Shown one piece after another: positions 11,563 to 23,865 of a DNA stretch of 46,775 nt. Position numbers and translations under genes: made by a program. This DNA comes from Priapulus caudatus (Eukaryota). The notes below the pieces were generated by a model. The model did no database searches. It saw nothing but the letters and a program-made list of their open reading frames with translations, and was not told the DNA's origin. Numbering within the stretch: position 1 is the first letter of the stretch; every line of letters begins with the position of its first letter. The stretch spans positions 163,962 to 210,736 of the forward strand of contig NW_014577063.1 in NCBI RefSeq assembly GCF_000485595.1, given 5' to 3'.

Positions 11563-13345
11563 CCAGAAAGTTGCATCACCATAACCTTTGCTAAGACGTG
11601 CATTCGCAGCACTCGGGTGTGGTTGTTTACTTATCTATGCGCCCACGTATATGTGAACAGCTACCGATATCGCATACATGTTTCTGCACTGTTTGTTTTT
11701 GAAGCCACAGACTTTCTGTGTGGTTCCTGGCATCCACGCCGCGTATATTCCCGCTGGTCCTTCCCGAAGCCTGACCAGTTAGCGTACCCAGTAGATTCCT
11801 ATTCCGCTTCCCCTAATGTTTCTCACACATTGCTCCAGATATAGGTGTCCTCCGCTGTAATAAGTTGCCTAATCCGAGACTTACATCTCACACCATCTGT
11901 TCTCTTGCGTGTGTCTCGTCATACTATATGACCCCTTCAATATTGTCGCCGTCTCTACATTTCCCATGTGTCTACCTTCCCACGTAGTTTATCCATGTGT
12001 CTCCCTTCCGTCCACATGGTAAATAGCTCCATGTGTCCCCTCTCGTTATGTCATTTCTCCCATATGTGCCCTTCTCTCGCCGCATCAGCTCACCAACGTG
12101 TTTTGTGCTCCGTCTTTCCGTTGTGTCCCCCATCCACACCATCAACGGCCCCTGCCCGTCTGTGGCGCAATAAATTCATTTAAATATCGCTTGGCTGTTC
12201 CGTATTTGGTTCAGCCGCGTTCGAAACAAGATCGACGATTCAAGGGGGGATTGTGGGGTTTATTGGACAGTTATTGATTGCTGTTCTATGCGTTTCTATG
12301 CTGCCTCAGGAATAGAGTGTGGTGTGGCACACTGTATGGCCGTAAGTTACAGGTAAGCCCAGGGCGCCATGAGTTACATGTAAACTCAGGAAGCATGCGC
12401 TCTTATTACCAAACTCATATTTATATGCATGTGGTACACTACATGTATGTGTGCGTACGTGCGTATGTGCGTGCGTGTGAGAGAGCGTGGTAATGATCGA
12501 TAATTGATATTCTTTTGGTGATTCACTCAGGCATGTGTGAGTGCGTGTATGGGCTGAATGTATGGGTTATAATCAGGTGGCTGTTATATAAACGCTATCT
12601 ATTTCATCTTTGCAGACAACAACAGTGCTTTTCATAAGGCTCAGTTATGCTCGTAAAGCGTTCGTGATCTACTACAAAATCCACTATAAACTAATAGCAC
12701 TACTTGACAAAATCTGTGATTGTTTGGAAATAATAGCTTTGGAGAGGTGTATAGAAACACCCGTTGACACGGATCTTTTTTGTTTGCTTTTCCTAACAGA
12801 AGGTTTATATGTAATGTAAGTTCTGCTGTGTTGTGTTGTGTTGTAATGATCCAAATGACAATTATTGTGTTGTACAAAAGCCACACAATTTATTTACTAC
12901 AATTACCAATTGTAGGTGAATATACGTTATTTTTGCGTGTACAGTATAAGGCTGAATTGCAACCTTTCCTTTTCCTTGCGTATTTGGCTATTTCCTAATG
13001 ATTTAGGAGTTTTGTGTGGTTTTTATATGAAAATGTCATCAAGTAACGAGTTTTAATCTGACAGGTGATCAATTGTGTTCGACTTGATTTTATTTACTTT
13101 ATTTATTTGGGATTCAAATCTCGTTGTAAAATAATTACATGTAAGCTTTGCATTTGTGGGGGAAACGTTTACTATTCAACAGACACGCGTGTTGATACCT
13201 TCGCCGGTAGCTTTGGTTTGTTTAAAGGAATTGTTGCGAGTTAGAAGTGTAAACGTAAACGTTGTCGATTCGTAAGCCGCTCGGCGGCGTATCTGGTTGC
13301 TGGCACGTTGTTTATGTTCGCCCTCGCACTGCTGCTTGTTTGCAG

Positions 13346-13462
13346 TTCAACTTCGTGGGCAGGATTCTGGGTCCGCGCGGCATGACGGCGAAGCAGCTCG
13401 AGCAGGACACGGGCTGCAAGATCATGGTGCGCGGCAAAGGCTCGATGCGAGACAAGAAAAAG
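13346..13462 (+). CDS. QKI: Quaking/How exon 3 (KH domain GxxG loop)
   Basis: Acceptor tttgcag|. [39 protein letters not shown] (39 codons) is the near-invariant STAR KH segment. Donor GTAGGC. Confidence 0.98.
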
Positions 13463-13905
13463 GTAGGCAGTGCGTCAGGGTAGGAGGGACGGTAATGGAG
13501 AAGAAAGGTGTAGGAAGTGTGTCAGGGTAGAGGGTTGACAAGGGAAAAGAAAGGGCAGGATGAGGGTTGATAACAGAGAATAAAAGGGTAGATGGTGTGG
13601 CGGGGTATGTGGTTTACAAGGGAAAAGAAAGGGAGTAGGCAGTGTTGCAGGCTATAAGGTTGACAGGGAAGAAAAAGGCGGTATAGGCAATATGGCAGGG
13701 TATGGTGTTGCAAGAGAAAGGTGGTAGGTATTGTGGCAGGATAAACGGTTAGTAAAAGAGAAGAAAGGGGTAGGCAGTGTGGCAGGGTATGGGTTGACAG
13801 GGAAGAAGAAACGGTAGACAGTGCGACAAGATAAGCAAGCTGATGAGAGATAAGAGAAGGGTAGGGACTTGGAGTGTGGCAGGGTATGGGGTTTACAAAA
13901 GGAAG
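13451..13905 (+). repeat. Degenerate purine-rich minisatellite (unit about 40-48 bp) starting at the exon 3 donor
   Basis: Recurrent gacaagggaaaagaaagg-gtaggcagtgtggcagggtatggg. Confidence 0.8.
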
Positions 13906-14349
13906 TATAAACACTCCGTGAAGTAGGGTGTGGGTTCGATTAGAGGAAAACACAGATACGCACGCAGCTGTGTCGTAGTCGTCCCTCACTGTGAAGGAAA
14001 ATCAGTAGCCTTGAGTTATTTTGCTGCCTAATGGATTCTGCTAGTAGCAGGAGGCAGGGGGCCATCGTTGGTCAAAAGTCGTTCCAGAAATAAATTAATC
14101 TTGAAATACTTCGTTAAACAATTATTTTTAGCGTCTTACTGGGCTGTCAGGAGTGATGACGCAGAGTGCGATAGTAGGATAATAATACCTCTATTATGAG
14201 CTCCTAATGATAATAGTGAAAGATACTATTAGCTCTTGATGATATCTCACTCGTTTGTTTTGAAACGCACGTGTAATAATAGAATTATCATTAATCGGTC
14301 TGAGGCAGACGCTTATGTGCATTTAGCGTGGGGCGGGAGTGAGTTCATC

Positions 14350-14828
14350 GGGATGCATCAGATGCGATATGTAGCAGTTGCTTGATGTACCAGGATGTAT
14401 TGGCTGTTCTAATATTGTGTAGAATATAATAAAATGTAGTGGCTGGCGGCCGTTCTAAGGGTGTGTAGAATGTAACGAGATGCACGTGCGTTGGATGTAA
14501 TATGATATATCAGCCGTTCAAATATTGTGTGGAATGTATCGGAATGTAGTGGCAATTTCAAGTGTGCGTGCATGTAATGAAACGTAGTTTCCTTTCATTT
14601 GCTTAATATGTGCATAACAATGTGCAGTGGTGATGGATCATGATGTATTGGATGTTCCAAGTTAAGTAAAGTGAGGTAGGATGTAAGGAGCGTTATATAG
14701 CATGTACGTGTGATGTATCAAGGCGTATCACTGTCTCAAGTGTGTGTCGGGGGTGTCAAGACACGAGACGACAAGGCAGTTTCAACAGCCCGTGAGATGT
14801 ATCAAGATGTATTGGCTGTTTTTCGCAG
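14350..14828 (+). repeat. Degenerate minisatellite upstream of exon 4
   Basis: Recurrent gatgtattggctgttc / tgtgtagaatgtaa / gatgtatca motifs. Confidence 0.6.
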
Positions 14829-14891
14829 TCTGCATGATTAATGGCTGCATGTCTCCCTTTCAACTCCCTCTCTCTGTCTGTCTACCTGTAG

Positions 14892-15035
14892 GAGGAAGCG
14901 AATAGGGGCAAGGCGAACTGGGAGCACCTCAGTGAGGATCTTCACGTTCTCATCACATGCGAGGACACCGAAGAACGCTCAAAGATCAAACTGCAGAGAG
15001 CAATGGTGTGCATCAAGAAGCTGCTCGTGCCCTCT
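14892..15035 (+). CDS. QKI: Quaking/How exon 4 (KH domain C-terminal part)
   Basis: Pyrimidine tract plus tgtag|. [48 protein letters not shown] (48 codons). Donor GTAAGT. Confidence 0.97.
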
Positions 15036-17363
15036 GTAAGTATATCACGCCTCTCTCACGCACTACCTGCCGTACACTCTACACCCACGTGCGCGCTCTG
15101 TACCATTATCCCATGCTTTCCTCTGACGTACTGGTCTCTTTGCCGCGTTGCTCTGTGCTGTTCCATTGGTATTATCTCTCTGCATCCTGACTCCATGTTG
15201 TCATTACCATATATACCAGCTTATAATGTGTGCAGTCATGTTAAAAATATGTGCGTGCGTGTGCGTTGAGGTGGGTGTCTGTTAGGCTGTTAGTTGGTCT
15301 GGGAGACCTGTGACCCAGGGAAAAGGGTCTCTTTTGAATCCGATTCATTTGGGTCATCCGGGTCATTTGGGTTCAGGTAAAGCAAGTCGATTGCAGGAAC
15401 TCGTGCCTTATCTAAAAATTTTGAAATACAATTGATTTACGATCGCATGCTAACTGCACGGCAGGCTGAAAATTGGGTGCCAAGTCTGCGAGTTTTATTG
15501 TGTTACATTTATGTGAAGTATAGGAAAATGTACCCGTACTACATCATATCTGATCATATCCTAGAAGAAGCATGGTACAATTCTCTCCTCCTACTGAGAA
15601 GGCTGTACTAATCGGTCCTCACTGTGTTATGGTCGGCCCCTTTTCCATTGCATTACGCTTACGCGTGTATATCTGTCAGCATACTTTCTTCACACATGTT
15701 TACGTGCTAATATTTGCAAAAATTAAACATGCAAAACAGACAAGGAGCTTGCGGATTCTCGTGCTTAAATGCGCGCGACGCGTTTGACCGTAATGCATCG
15801 CGGAAATCCACCCAGACGTCCGCGCGCTGGTAGCAAACACCCCGGGCGGCGGGCGCGCGCATCTTACTCCGGCCTTCCTTCGCCGCGACCTTCTCGGTGC
15901 ACTGCAGCAAGAAAATCAGCTATGTGGGTCGCGTACAAAATACTGGCCGCGCCGCGTAGCGTGAAATGAGTTTCTGCTCATCCTTTCACGTGAGCATCCC
16001 GCGACTCAGCCCCGGGGCTGTATAGCTAGCACGCAGTCGTCTGAAAAGACTTTGCGGGCCGCTTCTTGCGATTTTTGTTCTCGTTAAATGGTCCTGTCTG
16101 TCAGCGGCAGCGGCAGAAGTGCGGCTCACTGCATATTGTCGCACATTGGCGTGCTTTCTTGAAAAGCCAGTGAAAACTAAAATCATTCTTCATAATTGAG
16201 AGAGTGAGAAGCATCTTGAAATAGCAGTTAATTACAACGAACGCTGTTGTGATTTTTTATGTAATGGTCACCGGTATATGCCTTGCATCGTGATGTCCAT
16301 GCAGCGCCGTAATAAAACGTTTATATTTTGAATGCGTGACAGCAAGAGTAGATAATATAACATATGTTACATTATCTACTCTTGGTGACAGTATAACGAC
16401 GTCTATATCTTATCAGTTGGTAATTAAGCGAATTCCTGGCTTACTTCCAAAGATGGCTACCCTGGCAGGCACAGATCGGGACGCCATTGTTGCAGAACTA
16501 ATATGGATTCTGAGAATGTGAGAATGTGATGATACTATAGAAGATACAATGGCTGTTCACCTTAAATTGACCGTGTAAACATCTACAGTGAAGGACACTT
16601 AGAAAATGAACTCGCATTTATAGGTGGCACATTTATTTGTTCTTTTTAAATGACCTATTTAATATCATCAGGTGAAGGTGGCTTAACCAGTAATGGAGTG
16701 AGTGTTTATAGTCACCAGCACATGTGTTTAAAAAGTGCCTTGCATGCATGTGTCAATGGTGGCAAACTCATTTTTTGTATACGGCCGACATTATTAATAG
16801 AATAACCAACCTTTTTTAAGTCATGCAGTCGTTAAATGCCTTCGAAGTCTAACAAATATATCTGCGGACGAAAATGGGCCAGTTTAAAACATAGAAAATC
16901 GCACAAAAACTTTATGCAGTTTGCAAGCTGCAGGCTGGTGCTTTTTCTAGTAATTAGTCTCGCCTCCCGGTCCATTACATCATGTATATACATTGATGTG
17001 GATCCTGCGTCTTACGCAATCGCAGCAGTAGCGTAGCAGAGCATGCAGACAAGCTGGAGCTGTTTGACACTCGTTTTTGGTTGGCCATCGTACTCAGAAA
17101 TAATTATTTTTACCAAGGTTGAATTATTTTTACCGCAGTTAAATCATGTGTAACAAGGTCTCTGATTGCATCAAAAGCCAATAATTTAACCGTGGTTGAA
17201 ATATTTTGTCTGCGGTTGAATTCTGTGTAACACCAGCTCTGATTGGGCAAAGGGCCAATAATTTTACCACGGTTAAATTATTCCAACTGCAGTAAAATGA
17301 GTATTTCTGAATACGACGGCCAATAACCATACTCGTCGTTCATGCGCGTGTTTTTCTCTGTAG

Positions 17364-17556
17364 GCTGATGGTGAGGACGACCTCAAGAAGAGCCAGCTGA
17401 TCGAGCTGGCTATGCTGAACGGCACCTACCGCGACGAGAACAGCCTCAAGCGGCAGCACTCACAGATGCAGCAGCTCGCTGGCATGCAGCAGATGCAGCC
17501 GCGAGAGTTCGGCCCGTCCGACGCCAGCCATCTCCTTGGTGGAACCTACCTGATGG
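17364..17556 (+). CDS. QKI: Quaking/How exon 5 (QUA2 plus Q/M-rich linker)
   Basis: Acceptor ttttctctgtag|. ADGEDDLKKSQLIELAMLNGTYRD is QUA2 and the frame continues to ...GGTYLM. Donor G|GTGAGC, phase 1, in frame with exon 6. Confidence 0.93.
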
Positions 17557-17664
17557 GTGAGCCACGCACGCGTGCGTCTTCCTCGTCTCTCAAACACCCA
17601 AGTGTGCTTGCGAAGGCGTGCTGCCCAGAAGCGAAAAACAAACAATCAAATCACAAGAACACAT

Positions 17665-17710
<46 letters not shown>
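17665..17710. repeat. (CAG)n(CAA)n microsatellite in QKI intron 5
   Basis: Direct reading. Confidence 0.95.
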
Positions 17711-17711
<1 letters not shown>

Positions 17712-18952
17712 AAAGAGCAATCCATGATGACAGTCCATATTAAATTTACTGAGTGGTGGGAGGCTAGCTGTGGTCGCCATGTCAGATATTCACGTGCTAT
17801 TTGTAATGGCTGCATGACTAGCGTCAGTGGCATCCATGTGATTCAGTATCTCTGTGAGCGAAGCTGTTATACCATGCGTGGGTAATGTCTATATGCCCAT
17901 GGTAAAGGAAATGAAACCCAGATTTGAATTTATGTGACATGGTCATGGCGTTTGCTGTGATGGTTGCGGTTAATAAAGTCCGTATCTCTATTGGATGCAT
18001 ACGGTTACAGTTTCACAAAAATTATTACCAAAATTGAAAAAAAAGGTAAAGCTGGTCCGGATATTTTTATTTCATGTATTTATGTCATTGACTTCGTAGT
18101 GAGTGCCTTTAAGGCGGTGCATTTAATACTCTAGGTATATACATGTAGCCATGTAGCCTAGGATTAATGCCAGGTGTCTCTCATCTGCTATACGAGCGGA
18201 TGAGGTTATATGCCACATTGCGCAGTGATTAAGCTATTTTATTATGGTTGGGAAACCTTTTCATTGTTTTTTGCTTGACTGTACTCTAAGCACATGTTAT
18301 GTAACATATAGCCGTTTATCTGTATTATATTCCAGCTGTATATAGCTTTAGTCCATAAGCAGGACTTTCATAATATCAGATATTGAGATTAGTTAGCTAA
18401 TGACATCTTGGCTGACTAATAGCTGTCAGAAACATTCGAAAAATACCACAGTTATCATTTCAACAGGAGAAAAGAGAGAAATCTTCAGGAAGCGGATTTT
18501 CCTAGATCCCAGCATACTACAAACTGTTGCTAACATTTGATTTAATATTTTCACTACGATGTATAAGCTAGGGTGTAAGCGCCAGCAGTACAGTGATAAC
18601 TATCTTTTAACAGATTCATTCATCTGCTCTGTGAACACTGAGTTAATAATGCATTTGCATGTCCAGTTACCCTTGATGTGATCGTCAATTGTGTGTCATA
18701 GACACATAAGCTTCACTTCATTCCAGTGTTATCAGTCATCATTGAGTGATCATTTGTTGTGGGTTTTAATAGGATTCGAAATTAAATGAAGAGCCCACGC
18801 CTGAATTTGTTTATTCGTTTTCACAATGTACTAACTAATAATATCAGTAGTACATCATAACAGATGTCCATCTGTTAAAACTGGATAATTTTGATTTTAA
18901 TCATGCTCATCCAGGCATGCGATTAAACACGTGATTTCTTCGCTTGTAACAG

Positions 18953-19264
18953 AAACGCCGAGGCTGATGTCGCCACACAACGTCGCCATGCAATCTCAAC
19001 AGATGCGCTCGTCCGGCCAAGTGGGGGCGCCACTAATCCTGCAGCCTCGTCCCCAGCTGACGCCAGGTGGCGCCGCAGCCGGTACTCATCTGATTGCTCA
19101 CGGCGGCATGTCGGGGATGCCGCCTCCGCTCATCTCTCCCGTCGACACGTCGACCGGCTTGCCGCAGTTTGTCTACCCGTTTGACTACCACCCCTACCTG
19201 ACGCAGACCCCCACCAACCTGCTTGAGGGCTACCACACGCTCGACCAGAACGCTGTCACTCTAG
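18953..19264 (+). CDS. QKI: Quaking/How exon 6 (Pro-rich and Tyr-rich region)
   Basis: Acceptor gtaacag|. ETPRLMSPH...GAPLILQPR...PPPLISP...FVYPFDYHPY...LLEGYH...AVTL has the GAPLIL, PPPLISP and tyrosine-cluster motifs typical of How/QKI. Donor G|GTAGGT, phase 1. Confidence 0.93.
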
Positions 19265-19693
19265 GTAGGTGCAAGGACGGACAGTCTTGAAGCGGCGTTT
19301 ATCCGCCGATCTGTCATGCCTGCAGTTCTGTTGCCAGACTTGTTTTGAATTTCAATTTCACATCATCACTGGTGTATCGTGTGGTTTGCTATCTCATCAG
19401 CTAGTATGGGGAAGTATTGAGAGTACAGTCAGGTCACGCTTAACACGATAGATGAGTTCCTGAAACTCGAGGTGAATAATTTTAAGCAGTGTTTTTTTTT
19501 CTATTTCAATACGAGTGTGATTAAGTGTGTCCATCAAGTTGGAAAGAGAAGTCCATGTTTACGTAATCAAGTGTCATGTCAGCATTTAACAATGTTATAT
19601 ATTGGCCTAGCTCACGCTAATGACCGTGTTAGTCGAGACTTTCAGCAAAATATTATGAGCGCCGGCGGCTCTCGGCAATGCAGCAGAGTCTCT

Positions 19694-19738
19694 ATGTGTG
19701 CGTGTGCGTGTGTGTGCGTGTGCGTGTGCGTGTGCGTG

Positions 19739-19774
<36 letters not shown>

Positions 19775-19783
19775 TGTGTGTGT
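19694..19783. repeat. (GTGTGC)n/(GTGC)n microsatellite
   Basis: Direct reading. Confidence 0.95.
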
Positions 19784-21267
19784 GGAAGAATGACTGCTTC
19801 TCAGCTCCCCAGCTTTATAACACGGTGCTTACCTTGTGATGCGGCAGCACCTGGCACTATATATACGCATAGTTCTCCACCTGTTTAGCTGTGGGCGTGG
19901 TTCGTTGTTTAATGACGGGCGGTGCTATTCATGTAAGCACTCATCGGTTGCTCGTGCGATGAATATTGATAGTGTGAGTGTCTTGTAGACGTGATAGAGT
20001 GACATACTCAACACGCGCACACGCACAAGCGCACGCACGTGCACGCACACTGCGCACGCACACTGCACACTACTGTGTCTTCCCTGGTACAAAAAGATGT
20101 CTCTACCTGTTATACAATTTATTCTTTACTATGTTATAAAATGCTGTCAACATGTTTTCCAGTGCTTCATTTACATGCTTTCCAATACTGACCGTCTTTC
20201 ACCTGTTATACAATTAATACTGTCATTACTATAGATTGCCCGATTATTTCTGACAACTCGGAGCGCTGCACTCATGCTCTTAGCTGCACATGTATCCAGA
20301 TTCCTGATCAGCAAATAGATGATTGTAGAATAGATAATGTTGTTTTCCTACTGTCAAGTTTCCATTTAAAATTTCTGAACGATGATTCTGCCGCTGGCTA
20401 CTTATAGAATCGTAATCGTGCAAGAATGCACAGAAAGCATTTCCATCATGCTCGTATTCTTTGCTAGAGTATTCTAGTCGGAAGAAATCTTTCTGTAGTC
20501 TGCTGTGTACTGACTGCATGACAATGAGCCATATTTAGGTTAAACTCCAGTAATGTATATTAATTAGCGCTAATAACAAGTTAGACACGAATTAATGGGT
20601 ATTTTTTGGGAATTAAGCACCATTACCTTCCTCAGCCCTAAAAGGTATTAATACTAATGATCGGTTTTTGCCTGTATCCACATACATTTACATTATCGTT
20701 ACATGGCTTCCATGCACTCATTACATTTATTGTATTTTCCTTTTTTAAATATTTGAGGCCAAGGTCCTAGATCATTTAGTTGTTGTGCCAGAATACAAAG
20801 ATTGACCTATTTTCCTACAGTAACATACAGTAAGGGATCTGTTAGTAGGGGATTTGCTAGATCTTTTCCAAAGAATGTTGATAAGCCTTTTTCACAACCC
20901 AACTGCCACCCCAATTCTTCGTTCGCTGGTTTAACATCATGTCATTGATTCCGTTGCTTTTTTACTGCTGTGGCATTTTACTGCACGAGTGCGTCAGTCA
21001 GCAGCAACAGCACATGGGAATGTCGGGTAGATTCTAGTAGACGTTGTAGTCGCAGTATGAGTAGTGTATCGCGCGACATATGCCCCCACACACATGCGCC
21101 CAATATGCGCGACGCTGCGTCTACGCAGACTAACTGGTCACCAAACAACCCTAGTCTATAGCCTCGCTGACTACTTCATGTAACACGTGCAAAACACATG
21201 TTACATTAGTTCTATAGTTTTAGGAGCAACAGTAGCAAGCTAGAACGACAAGAGTAGTACTAATCAT

Positions 21268-21282
21268 AGCAGCAGCAGTAGT

Positions 21283-21331
<49 letters not shown>

Positions 21332-21341
21332 GCAACAGCAA

Positions 21342-21436
<95 letters not shown>

Positions 21437-21464
21437 ACAGCAGCAACAGCAGCAGCGACAGCAG
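21268..21464. repeat. Long (CAA)n/(CAG)n microsatellite in QKI intron 6
   Basis: About 195 bp of CAA/CAG triplets. Confidence 0.97.
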
Positions 21465-23788
21465 CTTGGCAGATTCGTGATAGGATAAATGCCAGCAGCC
21501 ATGTTGAGAAGCTCCACTCATCATCACGCTGCAGCGGAACATGTCAGTGCCACTGGAACCTACGCCACGTTCGCATTCCTGCTGACACGGCCGTGGTGAC
21601 CGGCATATGTTATTTAACGATGGGAAACTGTCCGCAGCTGACAAAATTTGTGTGCAGCGCTCGCACACGCGTGTAGACAAGCTATCTAATGCAGCCTCCG
21701 CTTGAGTTAGGCACGCCGCGCCGCTGCCGCATCTGCACTCAATTTGAATGCTACCGAAAATAGAGGAGCGCCAGAATGTACCTCTTCTAGATCGATCGGC
21801 CTTGCCCTACATGAGAAATTAGCGGTCAGCGTCCCCTCCCCCCCCCTCTTCCCTTCCTCCTCTTCCTCGCCTCCTCCTCCAGATGGCGGTATAATGAGGG
21901 GGTGGGTAATGAGGAGAGCATTCACATTCGCGCTGGCGGGAGAGAGGGAACCCAGCCGTTCCTCGCTCTTCCCGCTTCTCATCGCGCGCCCGAACATCTA
22001 TCGAATTAACGTTTGCGATCGGCGTGCCTAACATCACATCAAGCATACATTCGATTAAGCGATGGGCGTGCCGCGTGCGTTTTCACGCGTGGCGCAGCCG
22101 ACTGCAACAGTGAACCCGTTTGAGTGTAAGTCGACACCACTAGGTGGCGTTTTTTCCGCGGTGCGGCGGCAGCATACGCGGCGCATGCTGCGATCGCGGC
22201 CATCACTCGTTCCGCTTGTCAGCCGCGAATTCGTCGGCTAAGCCAGGCTACGCCACCCCGCTCCGACGCTGATGTCGAAAATTCCTAATTGCATTTCGGC
22301 CCTGATTAGTCGAGATTCACTGGCATCTGCTGACAATTAGCTAGGAGCTCAGTCGGGAGAGGCGGCAGGCAAAAATTAGCGGCTTGGTTAGATCGGTTAT
22401 AACGAGAACGAGAATTTTTCAAACGCGCAAATGTGGAGGAGAGCTACTTGAAAATAGGTTTCGAAGTGGAGTTGTTGGTAAAAGTACCAATGACGAGGGG
22501 CGCTACAGGGAAAGGAGGGCCATCGCAGAAAATTAACAGAAAGCAGCTAAAGGTGATTACATGCAATGGCAGAAATCTTGACGCATTCGATGTAACATGT
22601 GAGATGATGTAGTGGTTAACCCGACCAGGCTGTGTGACTAACGTCAATATATACACACGCACACGCCCACACACACACACACACACGTAACATACGCACA
22701 CGCACACGCACGTGGTCTCCTAACCCTAGCAAAGACCATTTCTTGGAACTAGTAGTGGTGTGCGATGCGTATGTAAATCCCACAAGAAATTATGCTTGAT
22801 AAATTTAGAGAAGTGTATTAGTTTCCCGGCGTGTATGGGGGGAGGGGGGCGTTGATTAAGCATGCGCATGTTTTTAGGTGAAAATAATAACAGCAATTAG
22901 GAATAAAAACGCCAGAATAATACGCCTAAATGCTTATTCGACTTTGAAGTGTAGCAATACTGGGAGATTCATCTCATAATATAGCAATATATACTGTATA
23001 TATCAGACAATTTTTGGCAAACCATCGTTGACATGCTCGTGGGGAAACTTGCAAAAACCATCTCGTAAATTCGAAATGTTAAAGATATTGACACTAGCCC
23101 TGAAATTGTGACGTAAAGATCACATAGAATGTTGATTGTAGGTTGCAGCTGGTAAGCTGTAGTTAATTGAGTAACTTGAGTTACTTAGCGAGTTTTTGAG
23201 AAACCATGTAAGTAGCTGTTCAGTTTCAGGTGTTTTTGTAGTTTTAAATCCGCCGTCATTATTCTCTACTACATCGCCAGTAGTTTTAACACTGAAAATG
23301 CTACCTATGGCGCAACCGCTTGTGTTTCCTCCTCTTGACCGTGTCACTGTGACTAACCACATAGTCGGCAGCCAGCAGCGGGTGTCAAATTGCCGGGGTA
23401 GGTTTACGTATGTCAAGACGAACAGTTTTCGAAAAGTTTATCTGATCTAGCGATTCTGCCATGCGATGACGTATCGATGGGTGTGCTGACGAGGTACAGG
23501 TGACCTCTTTAAGTTTTTCAATTCAATTTATTTTTTCTTAAGCCTAATTTTGTTCTAACACTGTTCACACGCCACCTCGAGACGTTCGATAATGGCGGTC
23601 GGCCGCATTCGATGATTCGATTGGGCGAAAGTCCCACTGTCAGTCTGTTTGAAAGTGTTGGCAGCCCCGCACACACTCCTCCCTCCACATACGCCACGGC
23701 TTGAGTAGTGCTTCTGTCTGTCGCCACCACAATCATGCCTGGTTCACGCCTTGCTTTCACTGTACTAACAACTGTTGCTCTCACGCAG

Positions 23789-23865
23789 GTGCAATAGCGA
23801 AGCAGAGGCGCCACCTAGCGGGCATGAGAGACCACCCGTACCCAAGGCAGGTCTCCATGCAATGA
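23789..23865 (+). CDS. QKI: Quaking/How last coding exon of the long nuclear isoform (QKI-5/How(L)-like tail)
   Basis: TACTAAC branchpoint at 23763-23769 and acceptor ctcacgcag|. Phase-1 join gives GAIAKQRRHLAGMRDHPYPRQVSMQ*, with the RR..RxHPY STAR nuclear-localisation motif. Total CDS is 1122 nt = 373 aa plus stop. Not in the ORF track. Confidence 0.92.

Noticed and set aside
17557..17885. 157-aa ORF extending exon 5 through a poly-Ser tract
   Set aside because: A strong GTGAGC donor at 17557 joins exon 6 in frame. The extension is intronic microsatellite sequence.
21260..21680. Poly-Cys and poly-Leu ORFs, or a poly-Gln QKI exon
   Set aside because: CAA/CAG microsatellite with no pyrimidine tract or acceptor before it.
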